Positions 20,726 through 30,960 of a DNA stretch of 64,000 nt are shown here, piece by piece. Each line of letters begins with the position of its first letter. The stretch's first letter is position 1. Both the position numbers and the translations under genes were made by a program. The notes beneath the pieces were generated by a model, which saw only the letters and a program-made list of their open reading frames with translations, did not search any database and was not told where the DNA came from. This DNA comes from Sphingomonas sp. (lineage in GTDB: Bacteria; Pseudomonadota; Alphaproteobacteria; Sphingomonadales; Sphingomonadaceae), in NCBI RefSeq assembly GCF_031361285.1, contig NZ_JANMCO010000046.1, positions 11,886 to 75,885 of the forward strand. Reading direction: 5' to 3'.

Positions 20726-20798
20726 AACCCTATTCTTCGCCAACCCCGCCGGTGCTAAGGGCGGAGTCGGGTGGGGTCACAACTTGGGGAAGATGACG

Positions 20799-21257
20799 AT
20801 GAAAAATGCGTTCCTGATCACTGCAGCCATAGCGCTTCTCGGCACCCCTTTATTGACTTCAAGCGTCCAGTCGCAGGTCAATCCCGGCAACCTCAAATGG
20901 GGTCCGGCGCCGGCGGGGCTGCCGCGCGGCGCGCAGGCCTCGGTGCTTGCCGGCAACCCCGAGCGGTCGGGCATGTTCACCATCCGCCTGCGTTTCCCGG
21001 CCGGCTATGCGGTGCCGCCGCACACCCATCCGGCCGATGAGCATGTGACGGTCATTTCCGGCCAGCTGTCGCTTGGCATGGGGCCGCGAGTCCGGCCGCG
21101 GCGGATGGCGAGCCTGGTCGCTGGCGGGTTCGCCAATGCGCCCGCGCGCATGGCCCATTACGCGTCGACCCGCTCCGGGGCCGTGATTCAGGTCACCAGC
21201 CAGGGACCGTTCGCGATCACCTACGTCAATCCCGCCGACGATCCCCGTCGCAGGTAG
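20799..21257 (+). CDS. Secreted cupin protein (DUF4437-like)
   Basis: VPPHTHPADEHVTVISG...MAHY cupin motif; signal peptide. Confidence 0.85.
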   Translation: MKNAFLITAAIALLGTPLLTSSVQSQVNPGNLKWGPAPAGLPRGAQASVLAGNPERSGMFTIRLRFPAGYAVPPHTHPADEHVTVISGQLSLGMGPRVRPRRMASLVAGGFANAPARMAHYASTRSGAVIQVTSQGPFAITYVNPADDPRRR

Positions 21258-21304
21258 CTCTGCAGGTTGACCGGACGGGTTTCGCCGCCGCTAACCGGAT
21301 CGCG

Positions 21305-21781
21305 ATGCAGGAAAAACGCATCCACGAGATCTTCCAGCTGAGCATCCTCTTAAAGGGTGCCCACGCGATGATCGAATGCCTGGGCGGCATCGCGCTGGCG
21401 GTGACCAGCGCCGCCACCATCCGCGCCTGGGTCGACCGGCTGACCCAGGACGAGCTCCTCCACGACCGCGGCGACTTCATCGCCAGCCATATGCTCGCCT
21501 GGGCCCAGACCTTTTCGGTCCAGACCCAGCATTTCTACGCTTTCTATCTATTGAGCCACGGCGTCGTGAAGCTGGCGCTGGTCGTCGGCCTGCTGATGAA
21601 CCGCCTCTGGGCCTATCCCGCTTCGCTTGGCGTGATGACCCTGTTCATCGCCTACCAGCTCTACCGTTTTTCTTACACCCACGGCCTCGGCCTGATCGCG
21701 CTGACCATCTTCGACCTCTTCGTCATCGCCCTCATCTGGCACGAATACCGCCTGATCCGGCACCATCTGCCGGTGAAGTGA
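21305..21781 (+). CDS. DUF2127-like membrane protein
   Basis: SILLKG, YLLSHGVVK, LWAYP, FIAYQLYR, LIWHEYR. Confidence 0.8.
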   Translation: MQEKRIHEIFQLSILLKGAHAMIECLGGIALAVTSAATIRAWVDRLTQDELLHDRGDFIASHMLAWAQTFSVQTQHFYAFYLLSHGVVKLALVVGLLMNRLWAYPASLGVMTLFIAYQLYRFSYTHGLGLIALTIFDLFVIALIWHEYRLIRHHLPVK

Positions 21782-21790
21782 GGGGGACGA

Positions 21791-22402
21791 TCAGTAGCCC
21801 ATCAGCGCCAGTACCTCGCGCCGGCTTCTCTCGTCGCTCCGAAACGTGCCCATCATGCGACTGGTGGTCATCATCACCCCGGGCGTGTTGACGCCGCGCG
21901 CGCTCATGCAGCTGTGGCTGGCCTCGATGACGACGGCGACGCCCTTGGGCTTCAAATGCTCGCAGATGCAGTCGGCGACTTGCGCGGTCAGCCGTTCCTG
22001 CACTTGCAGGCGCCGGGCGTAGCCGTGGAGGACACGGGCTAACTTGCTGATTCCAACAACTTTATCGCGCGGCAAATAAGCGATCGACGCCTTGCCGATG
22101 ATCGGCGCCATATGGTGCTCGCAGTGGGACTGGAACGGGATATCCTTCAACAGCACGATCTCGTCATAGCCGCCGACCTCCTCAAATGTTCGCGCGAGGT
22201 GGATTGCCGGGTCTTCGGCATAGCCGCTGGCATATTCGCGCCAGGCTCGCGCGACGCGTTTGGGCGTATCGAGCAGGCCTTCGCGATCGGGATCGTCACC
22301 GGCCCAGCGGATCAATGTTCGCACCGCTTCGGTGACGTCGCTGGGAACGCCGACTTTGGGCGGGGATTCAACCAAATCGCCATCTTCAGGTTCAGCGGTC
22401 AT
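21791..22402 (-). CDS. folE: GTP cyclohydrolase I
   Basis: [44 protein letters not shown]. Confidence 0.97.
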   Translation of the reverse strand: MTAEPEDGDLVESPPKVGVPSDVTEAVRTLIRWAGDDPDREGLLDTPKRVARAWREYASGYAEDPAIHLARTFEEVGGYDEIVLLKDIPFQSHCEHHMAPIIGKASIAYLPRDKVVGISKLARVLHGYARRLQVQERLTAQVADCICEHLKPKGVAVVIEASHSCMSARGVNTPGVMMTTSRMMGTFRSDERSRREVLALMGY

Positions 22403-23709
22403 ATTTCCAACTCCCTCGCGATGCCCTCGGCGACCGCGGCCGCCTGCTCCCTTATGTCGGGTACCGCGACGATTTCCCAATAGCGGCCTTTGGTCAGCGG
22501 CCCCAACGCCCACATCCGCTCGGCGCCAATCGCCCGCGATCGCTGGTCGACATCGAGGCCGATACCGAGCGGGTCAGGTCGCACCAGTTGGCCATCGAGC
22601 AAAGACCGCAACATCGGATCGCAGGTCCGCTCGATGGCCCCCAGCGGCCCGGTGCAGTTGATGGCATAGGCAAATCGCCTGGTTTCCGCCGATCCGCGGC
22701 GTCGCCGGATTTCGACCTCGAGCCCGCCATCGACATCCCGGATGGCGCCAATACGGCCGGCGACGATCTCCAGGCTGCCCGCCGCAACCCGATCATGGAC
22801 CTGGCGCGCAACCTCGGGCGCGATCCGGTGGCGGTGCACATCCCACCACGGTCGCGCATGGCGCAGGAAGCGCCGCTGCTGCCGATCGTCCAGGCTTTGC
22901 CAGAGCTTTTGGCTGTGCGGCCGCAGAGAATCGATCGCGGCGCGCCAGCCAAGTTCGCCGCTTCGCCGCCTGAGCCAGCGCCACAATGCCAATACGTCGC
23001 CTTTCGGAACATCGCTTTCTTCCACGGGAGAAGCGACGAAATCCGCATGTGCCTTGGGGATCTGCCCGCGCCGCGACAATGCGACAATCCTGCCCTGGTG
23101 CTCCGCGGCATTGAGCGACAGCACCGCGTCGATCATCGTCAGCCCGGTGCCGACCAGCAGGACATCGCCGCCGCTCGTCGCGGCGTCGCGAACCGCGGCC
23201 TTGGCTTCGTCGTTCCACGGGTTGTTGATGAAACGCGCGCCCAGTCCCGAAGCGATGCCCAACGGCTCCGGCGACTGGTTGCCGGTCGCCAGTACCACCG
23301 CTTGCGCCGCGACCATGCCGCCGTCGTCCAACTCTACCCACCATCCGTCTGCACCCGGTGTCGCGGCAACCGCCGTGCTCGATACCACCTCGCCGAGACC
23401 GGACGCCACCACGTTATCGAGGATTTCGCGCAGATAGCGGCCGAAGAATCTCCGCTCCGCGAAGCCTCGTGGGTCGCCAAATTTATGCGCGAAATTACTC
23501 GGGTCGTCGGGCCACGCGCTCATCCCTTCAGCCCGCACATTCAAAACATGCGCCGGTTCCGCGGTTGAATAGGCCGTGCCGAGACCCACTCGTCCGCCGC
23601 CTTCGATTAACAGCGAAGCAATGCCGCGGCGGGCGAGTTGGGCCGCCAGCATCGTCCCCGAAAATCCGCCGCCGATAATCGCAACCGGTACGCGCCGGTC
23701 AGATTTCAT
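22399..23709 (-). CDS. FAD/NAD(P)-binding oxidoreductase
   Basis: [48 protein letters not shown]. Confidence 0.88.
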   Translation of the reverse strand: MKSDRRVPVAIIGGGFSGTMLAAQLARRGIASLLIEGGGRVGLGTAYSTAEPAHVLNVRAEGMSAWPDDPSNFAHKFGDPRGFAERRFFGRYLREILDNVVASGLGEVVSSTAVAATPGADGWWVELDDGGMVAAQAVVLATGNQSPEPLGIASGLGARFINNPWNDEAKAAVRDAATSGGDVLLVGTGLTMIDAVLSLNAAEHQGRIVALSRRGQIPKAHADFVASPVEESDVPKGDVLALWRWLRRRSGELGWRAAIDSLRPHSQKLWQSLDDRQQRRFLRHARPWWDVHRHRIAPEVARQVHDRVAAGSLEIVAGRIGAIRDVDGGLEVEIRRRRGSAETRRFAYAINCTGPLGAIERTCDPMLRSLLDGQLVRPDPLGIGLDVDQRSRAIGAERMWALGPLTKGRYWEIVAVPDIREQAAAVAEGIARELEI

Positions 23710-23989
23710 AGTCCGGCCATGCGTTGGGATTGGCGGCCCCGGCTTTGCGGCTGGCGATGTCGTCATAGATGTCGGTGACTGTGCGGCCGGCGGTCTGGGT
23801 GAACCAGGCGGGCACGACCGAATGGATCAGGCAGGCGATTCCAGCACTGACCAGCCGGGCCCCGATAACCGCGGCTCCGGCGCCGTGCGATGCCCACGAC
23901 ATTCCGAGTGAGCGCGGATGATCATTGAAGAGCCGACCGACCAAGTTTGAGCTTGTGTCGGAACCGGTTTTTCGCTGTCCTAATGCCAT
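23699..23989 (-). CDS. DUF6356-like small protein
   Basis: LFNDHPRSLGMSWASH, ACLIHSVVPAWFTQTAG. Confidence 0.75.
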   Translation of the reverse strand: MALGQRKTGSDTSSNLVGRLFNDHPRSLGMSWASHGAGAAVIGARLVSAGIACLIHSVVPAWFTQTAGRTVTDIYDDIASRKAGAANPNAWPDYEI

Positions 23990-24020
23990 GGCACGTGCTA
24001 GCCCCTCTTTCGAACCAATT

Positions 24021-24097
<77 letters not shown>

Positions 24098-24135
24098 ATA
24101 CTCCGGCGAGGGAATAGGCACGAGGCCCGCCTTTT

Positions 24136-24552
24136 TCAATTGACCTGGTTGGGCGGCACTACGGGCAGTGGCAAAGGCGCAATCGGCACGCCATCATCGA
24201 CCAGCGAACGCGCTTGTTCCGCGGTCGCTTCCCCATGCACCGGCGCAATGTCGATTTCGCCCAGATGCATCGCCCGGGCCGTGTCGGCGAATTCACCACC
24301 AACCCATTTCGAATTGCGCAAGAGTTCCGCTTGCGCGGACGCGAGTTTGGCGAGCGCATCGCCAATTACCGGATCACGATCGCCTTTCCGGGGCACTCGC
24401 GGCGCCATCGGCGCTTTGGCCACCCGGCTCGATTGGCAAGTCGGACATTGCACCAAGCCCAGCGCAAGTTGCCGCTCAAATTCGGCATTGGATCGAAACC
24501 AGGCTTCGAACCGCTCGCCGCGCGCCAGGCAGTGGAGGTCAAAGACGATCAT
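24136..24552 (-). CDS. DUF1178 protein
   Basis: MIVFDLHC, FEAWFRS, CPTC, KAPMAP, ARAMHLGE. Confidence 0.9.
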   Translation of the reverse strand: MIVFDLHCLARGERFEAWFRSNAEFERQLALGLVQCPTCQSSRVAKAPMAPRVPRKGDRDPVIGDALAKLASAQAELLRNSKWVGGEFADTARAMHLGEIDIAPVHGEATAEQARSLVDDGVPIAPLPLPVVPPNQVN

Positions 24553-25376
24553 ACTAATATCGCCGGGCCAATCGGTCGGCGATGATCGAGCACGGGGATC
24601 CGCTGGCGCACGTCGTCGACCTGCGCCAGCTCTAGGTCGGCAAATGCGACTCCGGTGTCTTGCCCCATGTTCAGCAACACTTCGCCCCACGGGCTCACGA
24701 CCAGCGAATGGCCATAGGTATCGCGGCCATCCGCATGGTGCCCCGATTGCGCCGCCGCAATCACAAATGCTTCGGATTCAATCGCTCGCGCCCGGAGCAG
24801 AACCTCCCAATGCGCCTGGCCCGTCGGCACCGTGAACGCCGCGGGTACCGCAACCACCTCTGCCCCCGCCTCGGCTAGCTTCGCAAACAATTCCGGAAAT
24901 CGAAGGTCGTAGCAAATCGACAGGCCAAGCCTGCCCAACGGCGTGCCCTCGACCACCACGGCGCTTTCGCCGGCACGATAGACCGCCGATTCCCGCCAAC
25001 TTTCGCCGGTCGGCAAGTCTACGTCGAACAAATGGATCTTGTCGTATCGTGCGCGCACTTCCCCCGCCGGATCAATTACGAATCCGCGATTGGCGAGCTT
25101 GCCGTCGTCGGTTCGCACCGCCAGCGATCCCAGATGCACCCAGAGGCCCCGGCGGCTCGCCGCTTCGCGGCAGGCGGCGAGCACTCGGTCATTCTCTTCC
25201 GTACTTAAATTGGCAGCGGCACGCTTGGCGTCGCGGTCCACCAGTCCCGACATCTCGGGCGTGAACAGCATCTCCGCCTTACCCGCGAACGCTTGTTCAA
25301 TCGCATCGGTCAAAGTTTGCGCGCTGGCGGCAGGATCAATCCCGGTGCGCGATTGGAAGAGGGCAATCCGGATCAT
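24549..25376 (-). CDS. Carbon-nitrogen hydrolase (Nit1 deaminated-glutathione amidase-like)
   Basis: FTPE, YDKIHLFDVDL, ICYDLRFPE, RARAIES; next to glutaredoxin. Confidence 0.92.
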   Translation of the reverse strand: MIRIALFQSRTGIDPAASAQTLTDAIEQAFAGKAEMLFTPEMSGLVDRDAKRAAANLSTEENDRVLAACREAASRRGLWVHLGSLAVRTDDGKLANRGFVIDPAGEVRARYDKIHLFDVDLPTGESWRESAVYRAGESAVVVEGTPLGRLGLSICYDLRFPELFAKLAEAGAEVVAVPAAFTVPTGQAHWEVLLRARAIESEAFVIAAAQSGHHADGRDTYGHSLVVSPWGEVLLNMGQDTGVAFADLELAQVDDVRQRIPVLDHRRPIGPAILV

Positions 25377-25378
25377 CG

Positions 25379-25636
25379 TTAGGCAGCCAACAGGCCGTCG
25401 AGTTTGCCTCGGCTTTCTAGATCCAACAGCTCGCTGCAGTCACCGATATGGCGCCCATCGATAAAGATTTGCGGGACCGTGGTCCGGCCACCCGACCGCT
25501 CGATCATCTCCTGCCTTTCTGGTCCGCCGTAGAATACGAGATGCTCCTTATACTCGATCTCCTTGGAATCGAGCAGGTGCTTGGCTTGAACGCAGTAGCC
25601 GCAGAAGGTCTTGGTGTAGATTTCTACCCTTGGCAC
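25379..25636 (-). CDS. grxC: Glutaredoxin 3
   Basis: CGYC, TVPQIFI. Confidence 0.9.
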   Translation of the reverse strand: MPRVEIYTKTFCGYCVQAKHLLDSKEIEYKEHLVFYGGPERQEMIERSGGRTTVPQIFIDGRHIGDCSELLDLESRGKLDGLLAA

Positions 25637-25667
25637 GAGCCCATCCTTCTCAAGCATCGGCGTATTT

Positions 25668-26414
25668 TCAAGGCACAAATTGCGCGGGACGCACCACCCG
25701 TGCCCAGCTGATAAGTTCGACTCTCGCAGCGCCCGCCCGCCGCAATTCGCGTGCGCAGGCATTGGCGGTACTTCCCGTGGTCAGCACGTCATCGACCAGG
25801 ACCACGGTGCGTCCGGCTAAGGTCGAGCGATCTTCAACTTTGAACGCACCCACAACCAGGCGACGGCGCTGCTGCAAGCTCATTCCTTTCAAAGGCGGGG
25901 TGCGTTTGACGCGTTTCAGGAGGCTGGTGTTGGTCTCAATCCCAGTGTGGCGTGACAGTTCGCGAGCAACAATTGCGGATTGGTTGAATCCCCGCTGCCA
26001 CAACCGGCTTCGATGCAGTGGAACCGGCACCAGCAAATTACCTTCACCGCGCGCTTCGATCAGCGGCGCCATGAATCGCGCCATGGTCTTCGCAATGGCA
26101 ATCTTGCGCCCATATTTCAGCCGCAAGGCGAGGCCGCGCGAGACATCGCCATACGCCACGGCGGCCCGCGTCCGCGCTATTCGCGGCGGCCTGGCCAGGC
26201 AGATCGCGCAACTTTCCGCATCCGTCGCCTGCAACGGCATGCCGCACGTTACGCATCCCGCGGATCCCAAAAACTCGATTTGCGTCCAGCAATCGGGGCA
26301 GAAACTGTGGACGTCGGTAACAATAGTGCCGCAACCGGCGCAGCGGGGCGGCAGTGCGAAATCCAGGATCCAAATGGCAAGCCTGCCGATCTCGTGTCTC
26401 GCCGCGCCAATCAT
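25668..26414 (-). CDS. comF: ComF family protein (zinc ribbon + PRTase)
   Basis: PPRCAGC, VPVPLH, RGFNQS, LVDDVLTTGST. Confidence 0.9.
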   Translation of the reverse strand: MIGAARHEIGRLAIWILDFALPPRCAGCGTIVTDVHSFCPDCWTQIEFLGSAGCVTCGMPLQATDAESCAICLARPPRIARTRAAVAYGDVSRGLALRLKYGRKIAIAKTMARFMAPLIEARGEGNLLVPVPLHRSRLWQRGFNQSAIVARELSRHTGIETNTSLLKRVKRTPPLKGMSLQQRRRLVVGAFKVEDRSTLAGRTVVLVDDVLTTGSTANACARELRRAGAARVELISWARVVRPAQFVP

Positions 26415-26458
26415 ATTGCCGCTTGTCGGCTCGCAGCGTGCGCCGCACAAGCTTTCGC

Positions 26459-27238
26459 GTGCCAAACAATATTTTCGACATGGAATTGCGGGCGCTTCGC
26501 CGCGACCGCGCGTTCCGCAGTGGCCCCGAACTATTCCTGCACGAACGAGCCTTCGAAGATTGCCTTGAGCGGCTCACGCTCTTCCGTCGTCGATTCCAAT
26601 CGGCGCTGCTGATCGGCTGCCCGGATGCCGGCTGGCGCAGCCGGCTGGAGACTTTCGTCCAGTCGGTCGAAGTCTGCGATCCAGGACCGCTGTTCGCCAA
26701 GGCGGTAGACGGAGCGGTCATTATCGAAGACCAATGGGATGCGCAGCCGCAAGCCTTTGATCTCTGCCTTTCGATTGGGACCATCGACACGGTAAACGAC
26801 CTGCCCCGCGCGCTGCAATTGATCCGCGGCTCACTAACCGAGGATTCGCTCCTGATTGGGGCGATGGCGGGCGGCGATTGCCTGCCGCAACTGCGCCGCG
26901 CCATGCACTATGCCGACCAGGGAGGGGGAGCTGCCTCGCCACATGTGCATCCGCGCATCGAGGCCGGTTCGTTGGCAGCATTGCTGACAGGTTGTGGCTT
27001 CGTCAGGCCGGTGGTCGACGTCGACCGCGTGCAGGTTGCCTACGAAACTCTGGACGGCCTGGTGAACGACTTGCGCCGGATGGGCGCGACCAGCATTCTC
27101 AATGCGCGCGCTCGCACTCCTCTGATGCGCGCGGCCAGTGCGGCCGCAAAGGCCGCGTTCCGCTTGGCTGGCGACGGATTGCGCACGGTCGAAAGTTTCG
27201 AAATCCTTCACTTTGCCGCCTGGACACCGGCCCGCTGA
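26459..27238 (+). CDS. SAM methyltransferase (BioC/NDUFAF5-like), divergent from comF
   Basis: IFDMELRALRRDRA, VNDLP, SPHVHP, DLRRMG. Confidence 0.82.
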   Translation: MPNNIFDMELRALRRDRAFRSGPELFLHERAFEDCLERLTLFRRRFQSALLIGCPDAGWRSRLETFVQSVEVCDPGPLFAKAVDGAVIIEDQWDAQPQAFDLCLSIGTIDTVNDLPRALQLIRGSLTEDSLLIGAMAGGDCLPQLRRAMHYADQGGGAASPHVHPRIEAGSLAALLTGCGFVRPVVDVDRVQVAYETLDGLVNDLRRMGATSILNARARTPLMRAASAAAKAAFRLAGDGLRTVESFEILHFAAWTPAR

Positions 27239-27267
27239 GCTATTTCGTAAGACAGGGCTGAGATGCC

Positions 27268-27298
27268 GTTAACGATGTGCCGCACATGAGTTGTTAAC
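27268..27298. promoter_or_regulatory. Candidate CtrA half-sites upstream of the Flp pilin
   Basis: Two GTTAAC flanking the palindrome ATGTGC-C-GCACAT. Confidence 0.45.
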
Positions 27299-27347
27299 TC
27301 CGTAAAGGTTAGCTTGGCTTCGTGGACGTGGACCAGAGGAGGGTGGC

Positions 27348-27530
27348 TTGGACGCTATCCGGAAGAATTTTCGCAAGCTGCTCGCCGAACAGGGGGGCGC
27401 AACTGCAATCGAATATGGGCTTATCGTGGCTTTGATTGCTGTAGCGGCAATCGGCGGCTTCTCTGCATTGGGCGGCGGATCCGGCGGCATGTGGACCAAC
27501 CTCAGCGGCACCGTTCAGGCTTCGATGTAG
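27348..27530 (+). CDS. Flp/type IVb pilin
   Basis: GATAIEYGLIVALIAV prepilin motif. Confidence 0.93.
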   Translation: MDAIRKNFRKLLAEQGGATAIEYGLIVALIAVAAIGGFSALGGGSGGMWTNLSGTVQASM

Positions 27531-27543
27531 CCACGACGGCGAG

Positions 27544-29016
27544 CTAAGTTCGCCGCGCTCCATAAACAACTAACTTGACCTTCTGGCTAGGTGCCAGGCG
27601 GCCGCCAGCGGCTAGGCTGTTGATGGTCAGGAATCGATCGACCTGGAAATCCCGATACGCCATCCGATTGGAAAGTGACTGGACGGTATCGCCCGGACGA
27701 ACCGTCACGACGTCAATCACCCGTGGCCGAATCGCCCCCGCCTCCGCCGGCGAAACCCGCCGCAAAGAATTGACCATCGACGTGAACGGGTTGATCCCCG
27801 ATCCGCCATTCGTCAGCATGACGAAGTGATAGATCGTGTTTGGACTCCACTGAAATGCAACGACACTGGCGTCGACCACGCCTGATGACGTATTTGCCCG
27901 GGCGGTGGTGAACGCCGCCGGGAGACCATTGATCGTTGTCCGCTGCGGGGGCGGAATATTCAGCTGCTGGCGCCCGCCGGTTAGCTGCTGAAACACCTGA
28001 TAGATGTAATTCTCGATGGAGCCGTTGTAACGGCCACCACTGAACTGCGCCTGCCCCGCCGACCCCTGGATGGTGACCGCTTGCGCGCTGTTCTGCATCA
28101 GATAGCCCGGTGGTACCGAAAATTGAATCCGCAAGTCGGGATGGGTGAACGATCGCCCTTCGATAATGCCCTGCGCCGGGTCGTCATCGACGGTGATGCC
28201 TTGAAGCTGGCCAAGGAATGTATCGCGGTTGCGGATGCCTTGACCAAGCCGCCCGGTTCGCTGCGCCTCGCCCAGGGCGCGTTGCATCCGGTTTTCGCTG
28301 AGCGGATGCGTACTGGCCCATTCGGGAGTCTGCCGGTTGGTGCGCCCCTGCACCCTCGCCTGGAGTGCGCTCGCCCGCGTTATCGCAGCGAGGATTCCGG
28401 GCCCGCCGACCGGGTCATAGCCGGCGGCGACAATGTAACGCGTACCCAGAGTGTCCGCCTGATATTCCTGGTCGCGCGAGAAGCTTAGCGTCGCCAATTG
28501 CGCCCGCTGGGCGCTCAATTGCGAAATGGCATTACCGATCCCACCGCCAAGAATGCTGCCCAGCAAGACCCCGAAAATTCCACCGATCGAATTGCGGCGG
28601 GCCGCCGACTGTCGCGCCTGGGCGTGGTTGGCGGCTATATGGCCGGTTTCATGGCCGAGCGCGAACGCAAGCTGGGATTCGTCATCCATCAGCGTCATCA
28701 ACTGGCGGGTGATGTAAACATAGCCTCCCGGGACCGCGAAGGCGTTCTCAACCGCGGAATTCAGCGTCGTGAAGTGGAAAGCAGCACCGGCATTGGCGAT
28801 GCTGGAATAGGCCGCGACGCGGCGCCCGACCGATTCGACATAAGCACCCCGCGGGCCGGTTTCGGCGCCGCCGAACTCGGCAATCAGTTCGGCGTGTTGG
28901 CGCTGGGCCTCGGCAACTTCGCGTTGATCGAGGAATCGCGCGGACGATTGCGCCGGCAAGGCGGCCGGCGATAGCGCGACCGCGGTTGCGGTGAGCAGCA
29001 GGACGGAGTTACGCAT
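27544..29016 (-). CDS. M48 metalloprotease with C-terminal LysM-like domain
   Basis: NAFAVPGG, HETGH, SRDQEYQAD, STHP, VRPGDTV. Confidence 0.9.
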   Translation of the reverse strand: MRNSVLLLTATAVALSPAALPAQSSARFLDQREVAEAQRQHAELIAEFGGAETGPRGAYVESVGRRVAAYSSIANAGAAFHFTTLNSAVENAFAVPGGYVYITRQLMTLMDDESQLAFALGHETGHIAANHAQARQSAARRNSIGGIFGVLLGSILGGGIGNAISQLSAQRAQLATLSFSRDQEYQADTLGTRYIVAAGYDPVGGPGILAAITRASALQARVQGRTNRQTPEWASTHPLSENRMQRALGEAQRTGRLGQGIRNRDTFLGQLQGITVDDDPAQGIIEGRSFTHPDLRIQFSVPPGYLMQNSAQAVTIQGSAGQAQFSGGRYNGSIENYIYQVFQQLTGGRQQLNIPPPQRTTINGLPAAFTTARANTSSGVVDASVVAFQWSPNTIYHFVMLTNGGSGINPFTSMVNSLRRVSPAEAGAIRPRVIDVVTVRPGDTVQSLSNRMAYRDFQVDRFLTINSLAAGGRLAPSQKVKLVVYGARRT

Positions 29017-29096
29017 TTCAGTCTCCGGTTTTGGCAGCTTCGTAGGAATCGCCGTTTGAACGGAAGATGAAAGCGGTTGTTCCGAAAACGCGTCGG

Positions 29097-30038
29097 TTAG
29101 CCGATCGCCAGGAACTTCGCCCGGCGCTGGGCGAGAAGCTCGTCGCCGCCGATTACCGAGAAACCGTCGAGCTCTTCCATGATGGCGCCTTTGATGGCCC
29201 CGATCGCTGCTTCGGGATCGCGATGGGCGCCGCCCAATGGCTCGGCGACGATGCGATCGACTACGCCCAACGCCTGGAGGTCGGACGCGGTGATCTTCAT
29301 GGCTTCAGCAGCTTCCGGCGCCTTGTCCGCGGTTCGCCAGAGGATCGAAGCGCAACCTTCCGGCGAGATTACTGAATAGACCGCGTGCTCGAACATCAGC
29401 ACCCGGTTCGCCGCCGCAATCGCCACGGCGCCGCCCGACCCACCTTCACCAACGATCGCGGCAATGATCGGCACTTTGACTTCGAGGCATTGTTCGATCG
29501 ACCGCGCGATTGCTTCCGCTTGCCCGCGTTCTTCCGCCTCAACGCCCGGAAATGCGCCAGGCGTGTCAACCAAGGTGACGATCGGAATTCCGAAGTGGTC
29601 GGCAAGCTTCATCAACCGGATCGCCTTGCGGTAGCCTTCGGGCTTTGCCATTCCGAAATTATGCTTGAGCCGCGAGGCGGTATCATCGCCCTTTTCGTGG
29701 CCGATGATCATCACCCGCCGGCCTTCGATGCGGCCAAGTCCGCCAATGATCGCAGGATCGTCGCCGAATGCCCGGTCGCCGGCCAGCGGCAGGAAATCAT
29801 CGGTGAGCCCCGCCACATAATCGTTAAAATGCGGACGTTCGGGGTGCCGGGCGACCTGCGACTTCTGCCACGGCGTCAGCTTCGCATAGGTATCTTTCAA
29901 GAGCTTGGCCGACTTGACCTCGAGCCGCCCTATCTCGGCTTCGATATCGATCGAACCCACGCTCGCGGTCTCGCGCAGCTCGGCGACACGAGTTTCGAGT
30001 TCGGCGATCGGTTTCTCAAAGTCGAGGAAGGTCAGCAT
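29097..30038 (-). CDS. accA: Acetyl-CoA carboxylase carboxyltransferase alpha
   Basis: LDFEKPI, ARHPERP, GEGGSGGA, VISPEGCASILW. Confidence 0.97.
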   Translation of the reverse strand: MLTFLDFEKPIAELETRVAELRETASVGSIDIEAEIGRLEVKSAKLLKDTYAKLTPWQKSQVARHPERPHFNDYVAGLTDDFLPLAGDRAFGDDPAIIGGLGRIEGRRVMIIGHEKGDDTASRLKHNFGMAKPEGYRKAIRLMKLADHFGIPIVTLVDTPGAFPGVEAEERGQAEAIARSIEQCLEVKVPIIAAIVGEGGSGGAVAIAAANRVLMFEHAVYSVISPEGCASILWRTADKAPEAAEAMKITASDLQALGVVDRIVAEPLGGAHRDPEAAIGAIKGAIMEELDGFSVIGGDELLAQRRAKFLAIG

Positions 30039-30072
30039 TCGGGGCGGCGGGTAGGACGCGCCTCCTTCCGCG

Positions 30073-30960
30073 TCAACGATTGCGGTCGCCAAGTGGGTGG
30101 CGCGCATTGACCAACTCTACCAGTCGCGCGCTGTCAACATGGGTGTAGATTTGGGTGGTGGCGATGTCAGCATGGCCGAGCAAGGATTGCAGCACCCGCA
30201 AGTCCGCGCCCCCCGCCAGCAGATGCGTGGCAAAGGCGTGGCGCAGCACATGCGGGCTGATGCGCTCGGGGGAAATCCCGGCAAGCGCCGCAATTTCACG
30301 CACGATTTGGAACAGCCTGACTCGGCTCAAATGACGCTTGCCGCTGGGAAACAGCCACAGGCTGTCGCGCGACACATTCTCCAGCCAGCTTTCGACCGCC
30401 GCCTCGGCGCGGGTGGAAATCGGCACCAGCCGTTCCTTGTTGCCCTTGCCGCTCAAGATCACGAACGGCTGCCCTTTGCGCAAAGCGCCGCGCCCGAGCG
30501 TGACCAGCTCGCTGGCCCGCATGCCGGACCCGTAGAGCAGCTCGAGGATGGCCAGATTGCGGACTGCATTCGGCTCCCCGCTCGACGCGCGCGCTTCAGC
30601 GGCCTCGAAAATCCGGCCGATTTCGCGTTCATCGAGTATGCGTGGCAAGGGCCGCTCGAGCCGGGGCCGGGGGAGCGCCGCCGACGGATCGTCAGTGCGA
30701 AACCCCTCATCCATGAGAAATCCGAAAAACCGCCGCAGCGCCGCCGATCGGCGGGCCACCGTCGCCGGTGAGAGTTCAGCCCATTGCTCCCCAAGCCGCG
30801 AAAGGGTTTCTGCATTCGCCGTCCCCAGCGATCCGCCGACATCCGCCGCCGCGTGGCTTATGTCATTGCGGTAGGCGGACAGGGTGTGGGGGGAAGCGCC
30901 GGCCTCGGCCGCCATCATGTCGAGGAATCGATCGACCAGCGCCCGATCGTCGTCGGTCAC
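30073..30960 (-). CDS. xerD: Tyrosine recombinase XerD-like
   Basis: LYGSGMRASEL, GKGNKERLVP, SPHVLRHAFATHLL, LGHADIATTQIYTHV; upstream of accA. Confidence 0.88.
   Translation of the reverse strand: MTDDDRALVDRFLDMMAAEAGASPHTLSAYRNDISHAAADVGGSLGTANAETLSRLGEQWAELSPATVARRSAALRRFFGFLMDEGFRTDDPSAALPRPRLERPLPRILDEREIGRIFEAAEARASSGEPNAVRNLAILELLYGSGMRASELVTLGRGALRKGQPFVILSGKGNKERLVPISTRAEAAVESWLENVSRDSLWLFPSGKRHLSRVRLFQIVREIAALAGISPERISPHVLRHAFATHLLAGGADLRVLQSLLGHADIATTQIYTHVDSARLVELVNARHPLGDRNR

Noticed and set aside
30073-30960. Tyrosine recombinase as a mobile-element integrase
   Set aside because: Size, motifs and the accA/aroK context fit housekeeping XerD.
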